Source: a virus (Duplodnaviria > Caudoviricetes). From it: a DNA stretch of 64,000 nucleotides. Shown in pieces: positions 1 through 8,445 of this stretch. Location: positions 1 through 64,000 of the IMG/VR virus record IMGVR_UViG_3300030376_004895. One strand, 5' to 3'. The notes beneath the pieces are model-generated. The model was given only the letters and a program-made list of their open reading frames with translations, was not told where the DNA came from and did not search any database. Numbering within the stretch: the stretch's first letter is position 1; each line of letters opens with the position of its first letter. The position numbers and the translations under genes were made by a program.

Positions 1-1
1 C

Positions 2-568
2 TCGACAGACGGAGGAGCATGGTCGGTCAATGGGGATGATGTGAAGGCCATCCTGGCCGATACCCCCAACGTCTCGATTGACTCTAGTGGATGCTGGTAT
101 GGGGATGGCGACAGGCTCCCTGGGCAGGTGGATTTCGGCATCAATGCCCTTGTGATTGACGAGGAGAAGATCGAACAGGCGAAGGCTGTCCTTGCAAAAA
201 CCGAGGCAGAGCGTGATATGATTGTCAAGGATTGCCTTGAGGATTGGGAGGAGGACTATGGCGAGAAACCCACACAAGCGGATGAGGACGAGCTGTTTGA
301 GGATAACTCGACAAGTGTGGATTGGGCCTACGAGCGATTAGAGGAGGCCGAGAAGGGCGAATGGGAGTATGCAGGGTATGAGGGAGGCCCACAGGGCTAC
401 AACTCGTCAGAACATTGCCTAGTCACTAGGGAGGCCGAGATGACAGAAGCCCTTGAGATATGCGATACCATTGCAGATGCCATTAGACAGGCAACCAAGA
501 AGATATACAATTGGCAGATGGAGTGCCGACCATGTGATGCCGACTCATCCTGGGAGAAGGTGGCTTAG
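2..568 (+). CDS. Acidic hypothetical protein, 5'-truncated
   Basis: Frame of ORF 41..568 stays open back to base 2; very D/E-rich; next gene starts directly after the stop. Confidence 0.75.
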   Translation, partial: STDGGAWSVNGDDVKAILADTPNVSIDSSGCWYGDGDRLPGQVDFGINALVIDEEKIEQAKAVLAKTEAERDMIVKDCLEDWEEDYGEKPTQADEDELFEDNSTSVDWAYERLEEAEKGEWEYAGYEGGPQGYNSSEHCLVTREAEMTEALEICDTIADAIRQATKKIYNWQMECRPCDADSSWEKVA

Positions 569-760
569 ATGACAAAGGTGACAGATGGTATGCGTTTTGA
601 CGTGACAACGACTCTCAGGAGGCTTGAGAATGCATTCCATGATGCAATGGGGTTGCAGAAATTGGGCCTGATCTCTAGTGACGAGATGCACACGATTAAC
701 GACAAGATAGCCGAGTGCGAGAGGATAATCAAGGATGCCTTTGAGGAGGTGGATGCATGA
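569..760 (+). CDS. Small hypothetical protein
   Basis: 63 aa, abuts upstream stop, ATGA overlap with next gene. Confidence 0.75.
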   Translation: MTKVTDGMRFDVTTTLRRLENAFHDAMGLQKLGLISSDEMHTINDKIAECERIIKDAFEEVDA

Positions 761-1053
761 GCGTTGCCGAGAAGAAACACTCATTGTCAGGGTTGGCAGA
801 AATGCACAAGGAGGCCACAGAGGCCAAGATCAGTGCCGTCTGTCGCATCCTGGACGTGCCATTCATGGACGACAGTAGCATCAATGACCCTCGGGCCAAG
901 ACTCGCTATGCCTTCGCTATCGCTCACACCATGAGCCTGATGGTCGATGCTATGGACGATGATGCCCTTGAGTGCTTTTTGTCCGCCTGGAACGAGGCTA
1001 TGGATGATTCAGACAGATGGCAGAGGCACATACCCGAGGAGGCGAGAGCATGA
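757..1053 (+). CDS. Hypothetical protein
   Basis: 98 aa, ATGA overlaps at both ends, GAGGTGG SD upstream. Confidence 0.75.
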   Translation: MSVAEKKHSLSGLAEMHKEATEAKISAVCRILDVPFMDDSSINDPRAKTRYAFAIAHTMSLMVDAMDDDALECFLSAWNEAMDDSDRWQRHIPEEARA

Positions 1054-1265
1054 GGCTAACGAATGAAGTCAAGGAGTGGATGCACATCGCTCTCTATCTT
1101 GGCACAGACAACATGAATCGCTTTGATGTGTGTTGGGATTGGATTCAGGACGAGGGAGTCGTCAAGAGTCTGATCGAGGAGCATGGTGAGGAAGAGGCGT
1201 TTGACAAGGCCGAAGCAAAGATTGACAGATGCATGGATGAGATATGCAGGAGGCTTGGAGTATGA
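1050..1265 (+). CDS. Hypothetical protein
   Basis: Start moved to ATG 1050 (ATGA overlap, GAGGAGG upstream). Confidence 0.7.
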   Translation: MRLTNEVKEWMHIALYLGTDNMNRFDVCWDWIQDEGVVKSLIEEHGEEEAFDKAEAKIDRCMDEICRRLGV

Positions 1266-2398
1266 GTGACTACCATGAGGTTCAGGCCAATGGCCTGGGA
1301 GTGGATTCGACTTGTATGCTCGCCATGCATCTGGACCGTGAGGCCACAGCTAGCATCCTCGTGATGCTTGGCCTGTTCGAGACCTTCGAGTCAGCGATGG
1401 CGGCATTGAATCGCTACCTGCCCGACTTTGAGGCATCGGTGTTCTCTGATCCTGGCAATGAGCATACTCACACCTACGAGAATCTGGAATACACACTTGA
1501 GAAGTGTGCCGAGGCGGGGCATGAGTTTGTGGTGGTTCGCAACGAGGACTTGGGGCCGATATTCGATGAACACATCAAGACGGGTTCCATCCCATTCTTC
1601 AACGGTGGGAAGCACGTCTGTTCAATGAAGTGGAAGGTGCAACCACAACAGGCATGGGCCGAGGAGAGGTTCGGTGACGAGCCTGTCGCATGGTCGGTAG
1701 GGTATGCCGCAGATGAGGAGGCGAGATGCACCAAATTCAAGGCTAAGGACATTGAGAATGGTGACAACATCACTCGTCTGCCCATGAAGGACTTGGGGAT
1801 CACTAGGGAGATGGAGGAGGCTATCCTGGAACAGTTAGGATGGTTCCCCGCAGGGAAGCCTGTGCGTCAGTCTGCTTGCGTGTTCTGCCCTTACACCACC
1901 GAGCCAGAGCTGAGGATGATGATTGAGGAATACCCTGATCAATTCATGCTCTTGGTGGACATGGAGGAGAAGTTTGCGAATGTTTCAACAACCAAGTTTG
2001 AGGCATGGAATGACGCAGGGAATCCTCTGAACGGACGATGCCACAACATCTTGGAGAATGGTAAGGAGTGCCTATCCAAGCCCATTCATGGCGAGGATTT
2101 GTGTCCAGGATGCGGTTGTGACTACGACAATGCTCACCTTCTGCCCACGTTCAACAAGAAGTGCTTGGAGACCAATCCAAAGGGCTACGGCAAGAACATC
2201 AGACGCGCCCCTCCTGGGATGTGGGCTGCTAACTATTGGTCGGGCGAGGGATGCAGAGAGGGTTTTCAGAGGCTCATCCAGAGGGAGATGCCTGGTAAGA
2301 AGAAAGACAAGAAAGACCCCGACTATGATGAGACTAATCCCAAAGGCATGGCAAGCATTCCCGAGTGGTATGACTACATCACCCAGGAGGGGGCGTGA
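1262..2398 (+). CDS. PAPS-reductase / adenine nucleotide alpha-hydrolase superfamily protein with C-terminal Cys cluster
   Basis: PP-loop-like ANGLGVDST, CSMKWK, GYAADEEAR, SACVFCP; start at ATG 1262 by overlap. Confidence 0.7.
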   Translation: MSDYHEVQANGLGVDSTCMLAMHLDREATASILVMLGLFETFESAMAALNRYLPDFEASVFSDPGNEHTHTYENLEYTLEKCAEAGHEFVVVRNEDLGPIFDEHIKTGSIPFFNGGKHVCSMKWKVQPQQAWAEERFGDEPVAWSVGYAADEEARCTKFKAKDIENGDNITRLPMKDLGITREMEEAILEQLGWFPAGKPVRQSACVFCPYTTEPELRMMIEEYPDQFMLLVDMEEKFANVSTTKFEAWNDAGNPLNGRCHNILENGKECLSKPIHGEDLCPGCGCDYDNAHLLPTFNKKCLETNPKGYGKNIRRAPPGMWAANYWSGEGCREGFQRLIQREMPGKKKDKKDPDYDETNPKGMASIPEWYDYITQEGA

Positions 2399-2649
2399 TC
2401 ATGGGTTGGGAAGTGATGAGGAAAGTCGTCCATGCCGGAACGGAGAATGAGGTTGTGAAATTCTGCTTCTTCTGCAACACATCAGACATGGCCTTCGGGC
2501 CTGTGTTCTATCTGGATTGCACCGAGGATGAGTTTTACACAGCTTGGAGAGAGGTGAATCCAAAAATTGAGCCGAGGGATGCAAGAGGAACACATCTCCT
2601 GGGAGAAGCCATCGAGAAGATGCAGAAACACTTTGGGATGGTGATGTAG
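2395..2649 (+). CDS. Hypothetical protein with CxxC
   Basis: 84 aa, GTGA overlap, CFFC motif. Confidence 0.65.
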   Translation: MIMGWEVMRKVVHAGTENEVVKFCFFCNTSDMAFGPVFYLDCTEDEFYTAWREVNPKIEPRDARGTHLLGEAIEKMQKHFGMVM

Positions 2650-2650
2650 T

Positions 2651-3004
2651 ATGAGCGACCTACTGTTCACACTCTATGAGGCCGATGCAGATCACTTGGC
2701 AATCGCATGGGGGCCAATGTCCCTAGTCGCCGCCATAGATCAAGCCATCGAGCTCGTGGGCGAATGTTCTGAGTATGATGTGGACATCAACGCAGAGAAT
2801 GCCATCAGACAGGATTGGTTCGCCTTTGAGATTGGAATGCATTGCCAAGATAAGGATGAGGTGGATGATAGCAAGATAATGGCTTGGCTATGCGAGTGGC
2901 TCACACACAGAAGGAATCAGGCATTCACGAATGCTGATGGGTCGCCTTTCACGATGGATAATCCGGCTTACAGATACTTCTACACAGAGGAGGCGAAGGC
3001 GTGA
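2651..3004 (+). CDS. Acidic hypothetical protein
   Basis: 117 aa, coupled to neighbours. Confidence 0.7.
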   Translation: MSDLLFTLYEADADHLAIAWGPMSLVAAIDQAIELVGECSEYDVDINAENAIRQDWFAFEIGMHCQDKDEVDDSKIMAWLCEWLTHRRNQAFTNADGSPFTMDNPAYRYFYTEEAKA

Positions 3005-3399
3005 GTATAAATACCCCGACCCCCTCTGCTCAAATGGTGATACAGATGAAGACAGACAACATGAGAGAAGGAAAACAGGCCAAGCCCAATGAGGCATACA
3101 GATGCAAGTGCAAGTCCAGGAAGGGGCGCAAGATGTGTCGCTTTGAGGGCGACCCCAAGAGGGTCGGAGCGAGCTCACAGAAGGCTCCGTTTAGCAGAGG
3201 AGAGTATGGTTTCTGGTGTCAGTCATGTGGCAAGGTGGGGTTGAAGAGGAGAGAGATTGATCGAGAGATGAGGACGACCAGGATGCAGAAGTCAATCGTC
3301 CTGGTGGATATGTTCGCAGATGATCCAGACGCATACGAGTGGCTTCGGTTCACCTATGACCTTAGAGGAGCCACTTACAGAGAGGAGGGATTGGAATGA
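3001..3399 (+). CDS. Zinc-ribbon hypothetical protein
   Basis: CKC..CRF..WCQSCG, basic. Confidence 0.7.
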   Translation: MSINTPTPSAQMVIQMKTDNMREGKQAKPNEAYRCKCKSRKGRKMCRFEGDPKRVGASSQKAPFSRGEYGFWCQSCGKVGLKRREIDREMRTTRMQKSIVLVDMFADDPDAYEWLRFTYDLRGATYREEGLE

Positions 3400-3650
3400 G
3401 TGACGTTCCACCAATCTATACTCATCAGGGAGCCATCATCACTCGTGAGATGCTTGCTTCCGCCAGGAAGGAGTTAGACGGCTATCTCGACTCCATGTCT
3501 GACGGCTACACGGCGAGTGACTTCCTGGATCTCGATGAAGAGGATATTGACGACTCCTTGCAATCAGCAGCTCTCGCTAATGATGCCTGGGAGATTGTGA
3601 GGAGATGCCTCAAAGTTATTGATGAGGTCGGAAGAGAGGTGAAGGCATGA
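3396..3650 (+). CDS. Acidic hypothetical protein
   Basis: 84 aa, ATGA overlaps. Confidence 0.7.
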   Translation: MSDVPPIYTHQGAIITREMLASARKELDGYLDSMSDGYTASDFLDLDEEDIDDSLQSAALANDAWEIVRRCLKVIDEVGREVKA

Positions 3651-4219
3651 GCGAGAGGATTCACATCTCCCCTAACGGGGATTGGTGGCTTGGGAATAGC
3701 CCGCTATCCCTTCCGGTATCGGACGAGTTGATCGAGGCTCTAGGCACGGCTTCTGATGCCAGGATTCAGCAGCTCCATGACGATGCGAACCACATGGTTG
3801 CAGAGAGGAACGTGAAGGTCTGGATTGATGCCGTGATGGAGGATGAGATCAACAGTCGCAGAGTATCTGCACCGACCCATGATGACAAGATGTCGATGCT
3901 ACGGTCAGAGCTGAATCTGCCTGTTGGCAATTGGTATCTGCCCCAGGACTATGACCCTGGGCGGACATCATGCCATGACTTTCAATCTGAGGTGGAGAAG
4001 GCATACAAGACAGATGCACACTTGGCCGGAGGACAGGGGAGTCACTTCTGCTTGATATGGGTGAAGCCTCCCGAGGACTACATCTATCCCTCTGGATCAG
4101 AGGATTGGGATGAAGTGTGCTTTGAAATCTCACCAGGATATGATGAGCCTAGCGAGGTCAATGAGTGGAAAGGCGAATGGTATCTTGAGATTTACCCGCA
4201 GAATGATTATCCTGAGTGA
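3647..4219 (+). CDS. Acidic hypothetical protein
   Basis: 190 aa, GAGGTGA SD, ATGA overlap. Confidence 0.75.
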   Translation: MSERIHISPNGDWWLGNSPLSLPVSDELIEALGTASDARIQQLHDDANHMVAERNVKVWIDAVMEDEINSRRVSAPTHDDKMSMLRSELNLPVGNWYLPQDYDPGRTSCHDFQSEVEKAYKTDAHLAGGQGSHFCLIWVKPPEDYIYPSGSEDWDEVCFEISPGYDEPSEVNEWKGEWYLEIYPQNDYPE

Positions 4220-4230
4220 GAGTGTTCATA
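4218..4230 (+). promoter_or_regulatory. Recurrent promoter-like motif GAGAGTGTTCATA
   Basis: Ends 27 nt before helicase ATG 4257; identical core at 7909, 17568, 24144. Confidence 0.7.
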
Positions 4231-4256
4231 CCCAAATCAGAGTGTGAGTAATCTCT

Positions 4257-6476
4257 ATGATGATCGTTCAATCGAGATTTGAGGAGGGCGTGACTGAGCG
4301 CGAGCTGCATGATGCCGTGCCTCATACTCAGTCCTGGTCGCCCGAGCAGATGTGCATCCTCAATGACTTCGCTCATTGGCTGGATATGTGGAGGAGGGAC
4401 TTCGCACCAACGGGGCCGAGGATGGTGATCGAAGCAGTAGCAGGGAGTGGTAAGACGACTGTTCTCAAGGCCATGCTAGTCATTGTCAGGAGGCTATGTC
4501 CTTCATCTCCTACGATAGCCTCAGCCTTCAACAAACACATAGCCAAGTCCATGAGGGAGGCGTTGATTGAGGAACGGAGGAATGGCCTGTCAGGGGCTAC
4601 GCTCCTGGGGCGTTCCAATACTGTGAATGCAGGAGGCTATGACTTACTGAGGACGGAGTGCCACAAGAGAGGATTGAGCATGGGTGTCGAGCTAGGTGTC
4701 CCGAAGTATCGAGTCCTGTGCCGACAAGTATGGGCAGACTTCCTGGGCAATCTAGGGAGGCAGTTGGAGTATGAGGGAGGACGTGATTGGCGCATCCTCA
4801 TGGTGATCGCAGATGAGTTAGAAGTCCCTCCATCTCCCAGGCAATTGTGGTTCAGAGTAGCAAGGGACTTGGAGTCACTTGTATCTGTCCTGCAGGATTG
4901 CGGATTCAATCCAAGTGAGGACATCAAAGAGGATAGGAGGAGGATTGAGGCCATCATAGAGGCGAACATGGATTCGAGGAGTCTCGAAGGCTCATCGCTA
5001 TGGGCATTCCCCTATCCTCCTAATGCCCTGGACATGGCCCGTGATGTTCTCATCATAGGCAGGGACAGAGCCTTCGACCCCTCAGAGATAACGCCGAAGG
5101 ACATGGACAATGCAGTAGTCCCTCGGCCATCCTTCCACAAGGGAACGGGATTCATGCAAGACGCAAGATACGATACAGGGCTTTACCCATTGAGGAGGCT
5201 CGGATCAGACAGAGAACATTGGGCGAATAAGTCACAATTGTTATGGCCCACCAGGAAAGAAGGCAGCTCGTTCAATCTAGGCAAGGGGCAGACAAGGCCA
5301 CCGAGCAATGATACCTGTGTCATGTCATTCTCTGATCAGATATGGTTGCCATCTGCACTAGGTCTGAGCCTCGATAAATATCAGATTGCATTCATAGATG
5401 AGATTCAAGATTTGTCAGTCACTAAAGGCGACCTTATCCGTAGCCTCCTGGTTGATGATGGGTCAGAAACAGTAGTGCTAGTGGGTGACATTCGGCAGGG
5501 CATCATGGGATGGGCAGGAGCTGATAGAGAGGCGGTCAAGGAGAATGCCCTTGCATCTATGTGCATAGCATACCCGATGACATACTCATGGCGTGGTTCC
5601 TATGCCGTTGCAGAGAGTGCGAGGAGGATAACCTACGAGGCGACAAGGATGGCACAGGAGGCGTGGCCTGGATATGATTTCCCGCCCTTCCAGGATCATC
5701 AGGCTCCTCGCTCCGCATCCAATTGGCCCGAAGGCGAAGATGAGATCACAATCTCAGAGAGTGATTTGGCTTCGAGAGTGGCAGAGGTGCGAGCAGATAA
5801 CCCCGATGCGACTCAAGCCATCGTATCACGATTGAATGGCCCATTGGGAATGGTGGCTATCGAATTGGTGAAGCAAGGCATTCCCATCTCCACACCAGAT
5901 TCTACAGAGATACTAGACTCCATCAAATGGGTGTTGAAGAATGAATACAAGTCTCCTAAAAACAAGCATGAGAAGAAGGGGATTTCATTTGGAAATCCTA
6001 GCGGAGCCATTCCATCATCATTCGCATCTCGTTTTAGAATGTTGAAACTATGGTGCCAGGAGCAAGCAATCGAGAGAGCAGGAGGAGATAAGAAGGTTGC
6101 AGAGATGGAAGACAGGTTTGTCAAAGAGAAGGATGACATTGACTTAGCCGATTCTCTTGTCGCACTTTATGCGAAGACAAATCCCTCTGAATATTCTATA
6201 TCTCGTTTCAACAAGTGGGTGAAGAATGAGTTGTTCGGCAGCTCGGATAACCCTGTTCATCTAACATCTGTTCACAGATACAAAGGGGCCGAGGCAGACT
6301 ACATCTATCTCCTTCGATCACTCACTATGGATGAGGAGTCGAGAAACATATTCCTCCTGGATCACATGATGCACAAATCACCACAAACTGCCCAGGAGGA
6401 GGTCTGCATACTATATGTGGCCGCAACCAGGGCGAGGGTGCAGAACATCCAAGTGGTGACAGAGGGAGGGATATGA
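4257..6476 (+). CDS. Superfamily 1 (UvrD/Rep-like) helicase
   Basis: AVAGSGKTT, FIDEIQD, VGDIRQGIMGWAGAD, TSVHRYKGAE, LYVAATRAR. Confidence 0.9.
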   Translation: MMIVQSRFEEGVTERELHDAVPHTQSWSPEQMCILNDFAHWLDMWRRDFAPTGPRMVIEAVAGSGKTTVLKAMLVIVRRLCPSSPTIASAFNKHIAKSMREALIEERRNGLSGATLLGRSNTVNAGGYDLLRTECHKRGLSMGVELGVPKYRVLCRQVWADFLGNLGRQLEYEGGRDWRILMVIADELEVPPSPRQLWFRVARDLESLVSVLQDCGFNPSEDIKEDRRRIEAIIEANMDSRSLEGSSLWAFPYPPNALDMARDVLIIGRDRAFDPSEITPKDMDNAVVPRPSFHKGTGFMQDARYDTGLYPLRRLGSDREHWANKSQLLWPTRKEGSSFNLGKGQTRPPSNDTCVMSFSDQIWLPSALGLSLDKYQIAFIDEIQDLSVTKGDLIRSLLVDDGSETVVLVGDIRQGIMGWAGADREAVKENALASMCIAYPMTYSWRGSYAVAESARRITYEATRMAQEAWPGYDFPPFQDHQAPRSASNWPEGEDEITISESDLASRVAEVRADNPDATQAIVSRLNGPLGMVAIELVKQGIPISTPDSTEILDSIKWVLKNEYKSPKNKHEKKGISFGNPSGAIPSSFASRFRMLKLWCQEQAIERAGGDKKVAEMEDRFVKEKDDIDLADSLVALYAKTNPSEYSISRFNKWVKNELFGSSDNPVHLTSVHRYKGAEADYIYLLRSLTMDEESRNIFLLDHMMHKSPQTAQEEVCILYVAATRARVQNIQVVTEGGI

Positions 6477-6748
6477 TGACAAAAACATACACACCAACAG
6501 AAGAAGACGAAGGAAAGCAAGTGGAATACCTGGAACGAGTGATACTGACAGATGGGACGATGCTCGTAATGCCGATTGCAGATACCATCACTACGATGAC
6601 TCACCCTCTCACAGCTCGCACGATCACGGGGCCGACATCCATAGTGGCAAAGGTGTTCGCTCGATGGGACTTCATCGTGGGCCATCAGAACATGGCGGAT
6701 GAGATTACTAGGAACATGATGCAGATTGAAGGAGATGGAGAAGAGTGA
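6473..6748 (+). CDS. Hypothetical protein
   Basis: 91 aa, ATGA overlap, GAGGGAGG SD. Confidence 0.7.
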   Translation: MMTKTYTPTEEDEGKQVEYLERVILTDGTMLVMPIADTITTMTHPLTARTITGPTSIVAKVFARWDFIVGHQNMADEITRNMMQIEGDGEE

Positions 6749-6830
6749 ATGCTCTTGAGAGTCTAATCTTCTGGTTCCTCTTTTGGGTAGCATTTTATTG
6801 GATTTTCGACTAAAAATACGAGGTGATCTA

Positions 6831-7067
6831 ATGGCATCAAGAGCGAGAAGCGTAGCCCATGTAGAGTATGAGATGTTGGAATACATTGGTCGCCGGATAT
6901 TCCTGGATGATCTCATGTCACAGATGATCCCCGAAGGAGATGCGGTAGCGGCAAAGAGATTCAAGAAGGGTGCGGAGAACATATGCAAGTATCTCCAGAA
7001 CATGGGGGAGCGAAGGTTGCACAAGCTGCCACAGACCCATCCTGATTACAGGGAGAAGGGGGCATGA
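6831..7067 (+). CDS. Hypothetical protein
   Basis: ATG 6831 after GAGGTGA SD and an AT-rich stretch. Confidence 0.7.
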   Translation: MASRARSVAHVEYEMLEYIGRRIFLDDLMSQMIPEGDAVAAKRFKKGAENICKYLQNMGERRLHKLPQTHPDYREKGA

Positions 7068-7099
7068 CCCTCATCCTTATTCTTCCTCATCGTCATCAG

Positions 7100-7405
7100 T
7101 CAGAGTATCACCCCCTCTTGAATTAGATAGTAGAGAACAACGATTGACAGAGCAAGCTGAAAGGAGGAGGCGATTGTTGCCTTGATGGTCGATAGCGCAA
7201 AGCCTCTTGCTTTCTGCTTGCGAGCCTTTCGAGCCTCACAAACATCACAGTTTCTCAGTTTCTTCACCCCCCTTTTCTTCTTTGGAGCCGTTGTAATCAA
7301 CTTCTGATAATCGGCTAGAGCCATCTTTCTCCGACAATAGGAGCATACCCTATACGAGTAGGTTATGCCACCGCATCTCAAGCAATCATATCGTGTCTTC
7401 ATCAT
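7100..7405 (-). CDS. Basic zinc-finger protein with C-terminal hydrophobic helix
   Basis: CLRC, CSYC, CDVC; AAGGTGAT SD before ATG 7405; only clear - strand gene in the left arm. Confidence 0.65.
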   Translation of the reverse strand: MMKTRYDCLRCGGITYSYRVCSYCRRKMALADYQKLITTAPKKKRGVKKLRNCDVCEARKARKQKARGFALSTIKATIASSFQLALSIVVLYYLIQEGVIL

Positions 7406-7526
7406 AGTTATCACCTTGTCTTCTTCTATGGAGTGCATTAACGAGATTTGTTGGTTCGATTCTCAAACTTCAAGACTCGAACGGCTAAAGTCCACGATGG
7501 CACTTGTAATACAAATTGATTGGAAG

Positions 7527-7533
7527 TTTATAT
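7527..7533. promoter_or_regulatory. TATA-like element (TTTATAT) between divergent genes
   Basis: Reads TTTATA on + and ATATAAA on -; lies between 7405(-) and 7571(+). Confidence 0.5.
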
Positions 7534-7570
7534 GTGAATGGGAATTTAGTGAGTAAGGAGGAGATAGAAA

Positions 7571-7687
7571 ATGAAGATGAGTGTGTGTAAGAAGTGCGGT
7601 GACTCGGTTGTCAATCTTGAGGATGCAATCTGGATCGAGTGGCGGTCTGATGATGATTGTGGATGTGAGCATGATGGCGATGAATGA
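7571..7687 (+). CDS. 38-aa Cys microprotein
   Basis: MKMSVCKKCGD...DCGCEH; AAGGAGGAG SD; not in ORF track. Confidence 0.6.
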   Translation: MKMSVCKKCGDSVVNLEDAIWIEWRSDDDCGCEHDGDE

Positions 7688-7853
7688 TACCTGTTCCCTT
7701 TGTGGTAATGAGATCAACGGTATCGGCTTTGCTCATGCAAAGACATTCGTTGAAACTCATGCCAATGGTGTGGGAAAGGTATTGGTTGAGGCTAAGATCA
7801 AGTTGCCTGTTGGACAATGTTGTTATAGATTCATCACTAAGGCCGAGCGATGA
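7680..7853 (+). CDS. 57-aa zinc-finger microprotein
   Basis: CSLC...QCCY; overlap-coupled. Confidence 0.6.
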   Translation: MNDTCSLCGNEINGIGFAHAKTFVETHANGVGKVLVEAKIKLPVGQCCYRFITKAER

Positions 7854-7948
7854 AGTTGCCGAGTTGGGTTGAATCTGTTTTATCCATCCCAGGAGTATCA
7901 TTGGTGGAGAGTGTTCATAGCGATTCGCCCACGTCCGAAGAAGAATGA
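7850..7948 (+). CDS. 32-aa microprotein
   Basis: ATGA overlaps at both ends. Confidence 0.4.
   Translation: MKLPSWVESVLSIPGVSLVESVHSDSPTSEEE
7907..7919 (+). promoter_or_regulatory. Recurrent promoter-like motif GAGAGTGTTCATA
   Basis: Ends 26 nt before ATG 7945. Confidence 0.65.
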
Positions 7949-8022
7949 AGTCTATGCCGCTGTTCACTACGACCATTGATTGGATAATTGATTACAACCA
8001 GGGAGCTAGATACTATGTATAA
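7945..8022 (+). CDS. 25-aa microprotein
   Basis: Follows the motif at promoter spacing; overlaps next ORF. Confidence 0.4.
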   Translation: MKSMPLFTTTIDWIIDYNQGARYYV

Positions 8023-8128
8023 GATGTGCAAGCATGAGGGATGCTCGGCCTGGGCTAATCCCACTACTAGGTTATGCTATTATCATCTTACATTTGCAGA
8101 TGAGGTGATTGAATGCTCGAAGTCCTGA
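8015..8128 (+). CDS. 37-aa Cys/His microprotein
   Basis: CKHEGC...LCYYH. Confidence 0.5.
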   Translation: MYKMCKHEGCSAWANPTTRLCYYHLTFADEVIECSKS

Positions 8129-8232
8129 TCGGTTCGGCTTGTTTCGCAATCTGCATTTTCATTGCCTTGACTATGTATCAGGCATGGAAGGGAATGATTG
8201 AGATGATGAGCGATGCCGGACAATGGCCTTGA
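8113..8232 (+). CDS. 39-aa single-pass membrane microprotein
   Basis: GAGGTGA SD; VLIGSACFAICIFIALTMY hydrophobic helix. Confidence 0.6.
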   Translation: MLEVLIGSACFAICIFIALTMYQAWKGMIEMMSDAGQWP

Positions 8233-8247
8233 TGGAGGAATGGAACA

Positions 8248-8382
8248 ATGAGAACAAACCCAAACTTTGACCCTAAGAAGATAAAAGATAAGGATCTGAG
8301 AGAGCGATTCAGAAAGCCACCACCAGCCGATGGCTACATGAGAGGCAATGACCTGACCGAGTTAGCAGAAGAAGAAGAGTAA
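8248..8382 (+). CDS. 44-aa charged microprotein
   Basis: TGGAGGA SD upstream. Confidence 0.55.
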   Translation: MRTNPNFDPKKIKDKDLRERFRKPPPADGYMRGNDLTELAEEEE

Positions 8383-8407
8383 TCTGACTGTTAAGCCTGT
8401 CAATGTT

Positions 8408-8421
8408 GAGAATGATTAAAG
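8408..8421 (+). promoter_or_regulatory. BRE/TATA-like promoter of the thermosome gene
   Basis: GAGAATG-ATTAAAG; TATA ends 26 nt before ATG 8446; no SD, consistent with a leaderless mRNA. Confidence 0.55.
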
Positions 8422-8445
8422 GCGAACCAGGGGTTTGCTCGAACC

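Noticed and set aside
7453-7462. GGTTCGATTC, tRNA T-loop-like
   Set aside because: No T-stem, acceptor or anticodon arms can be paired
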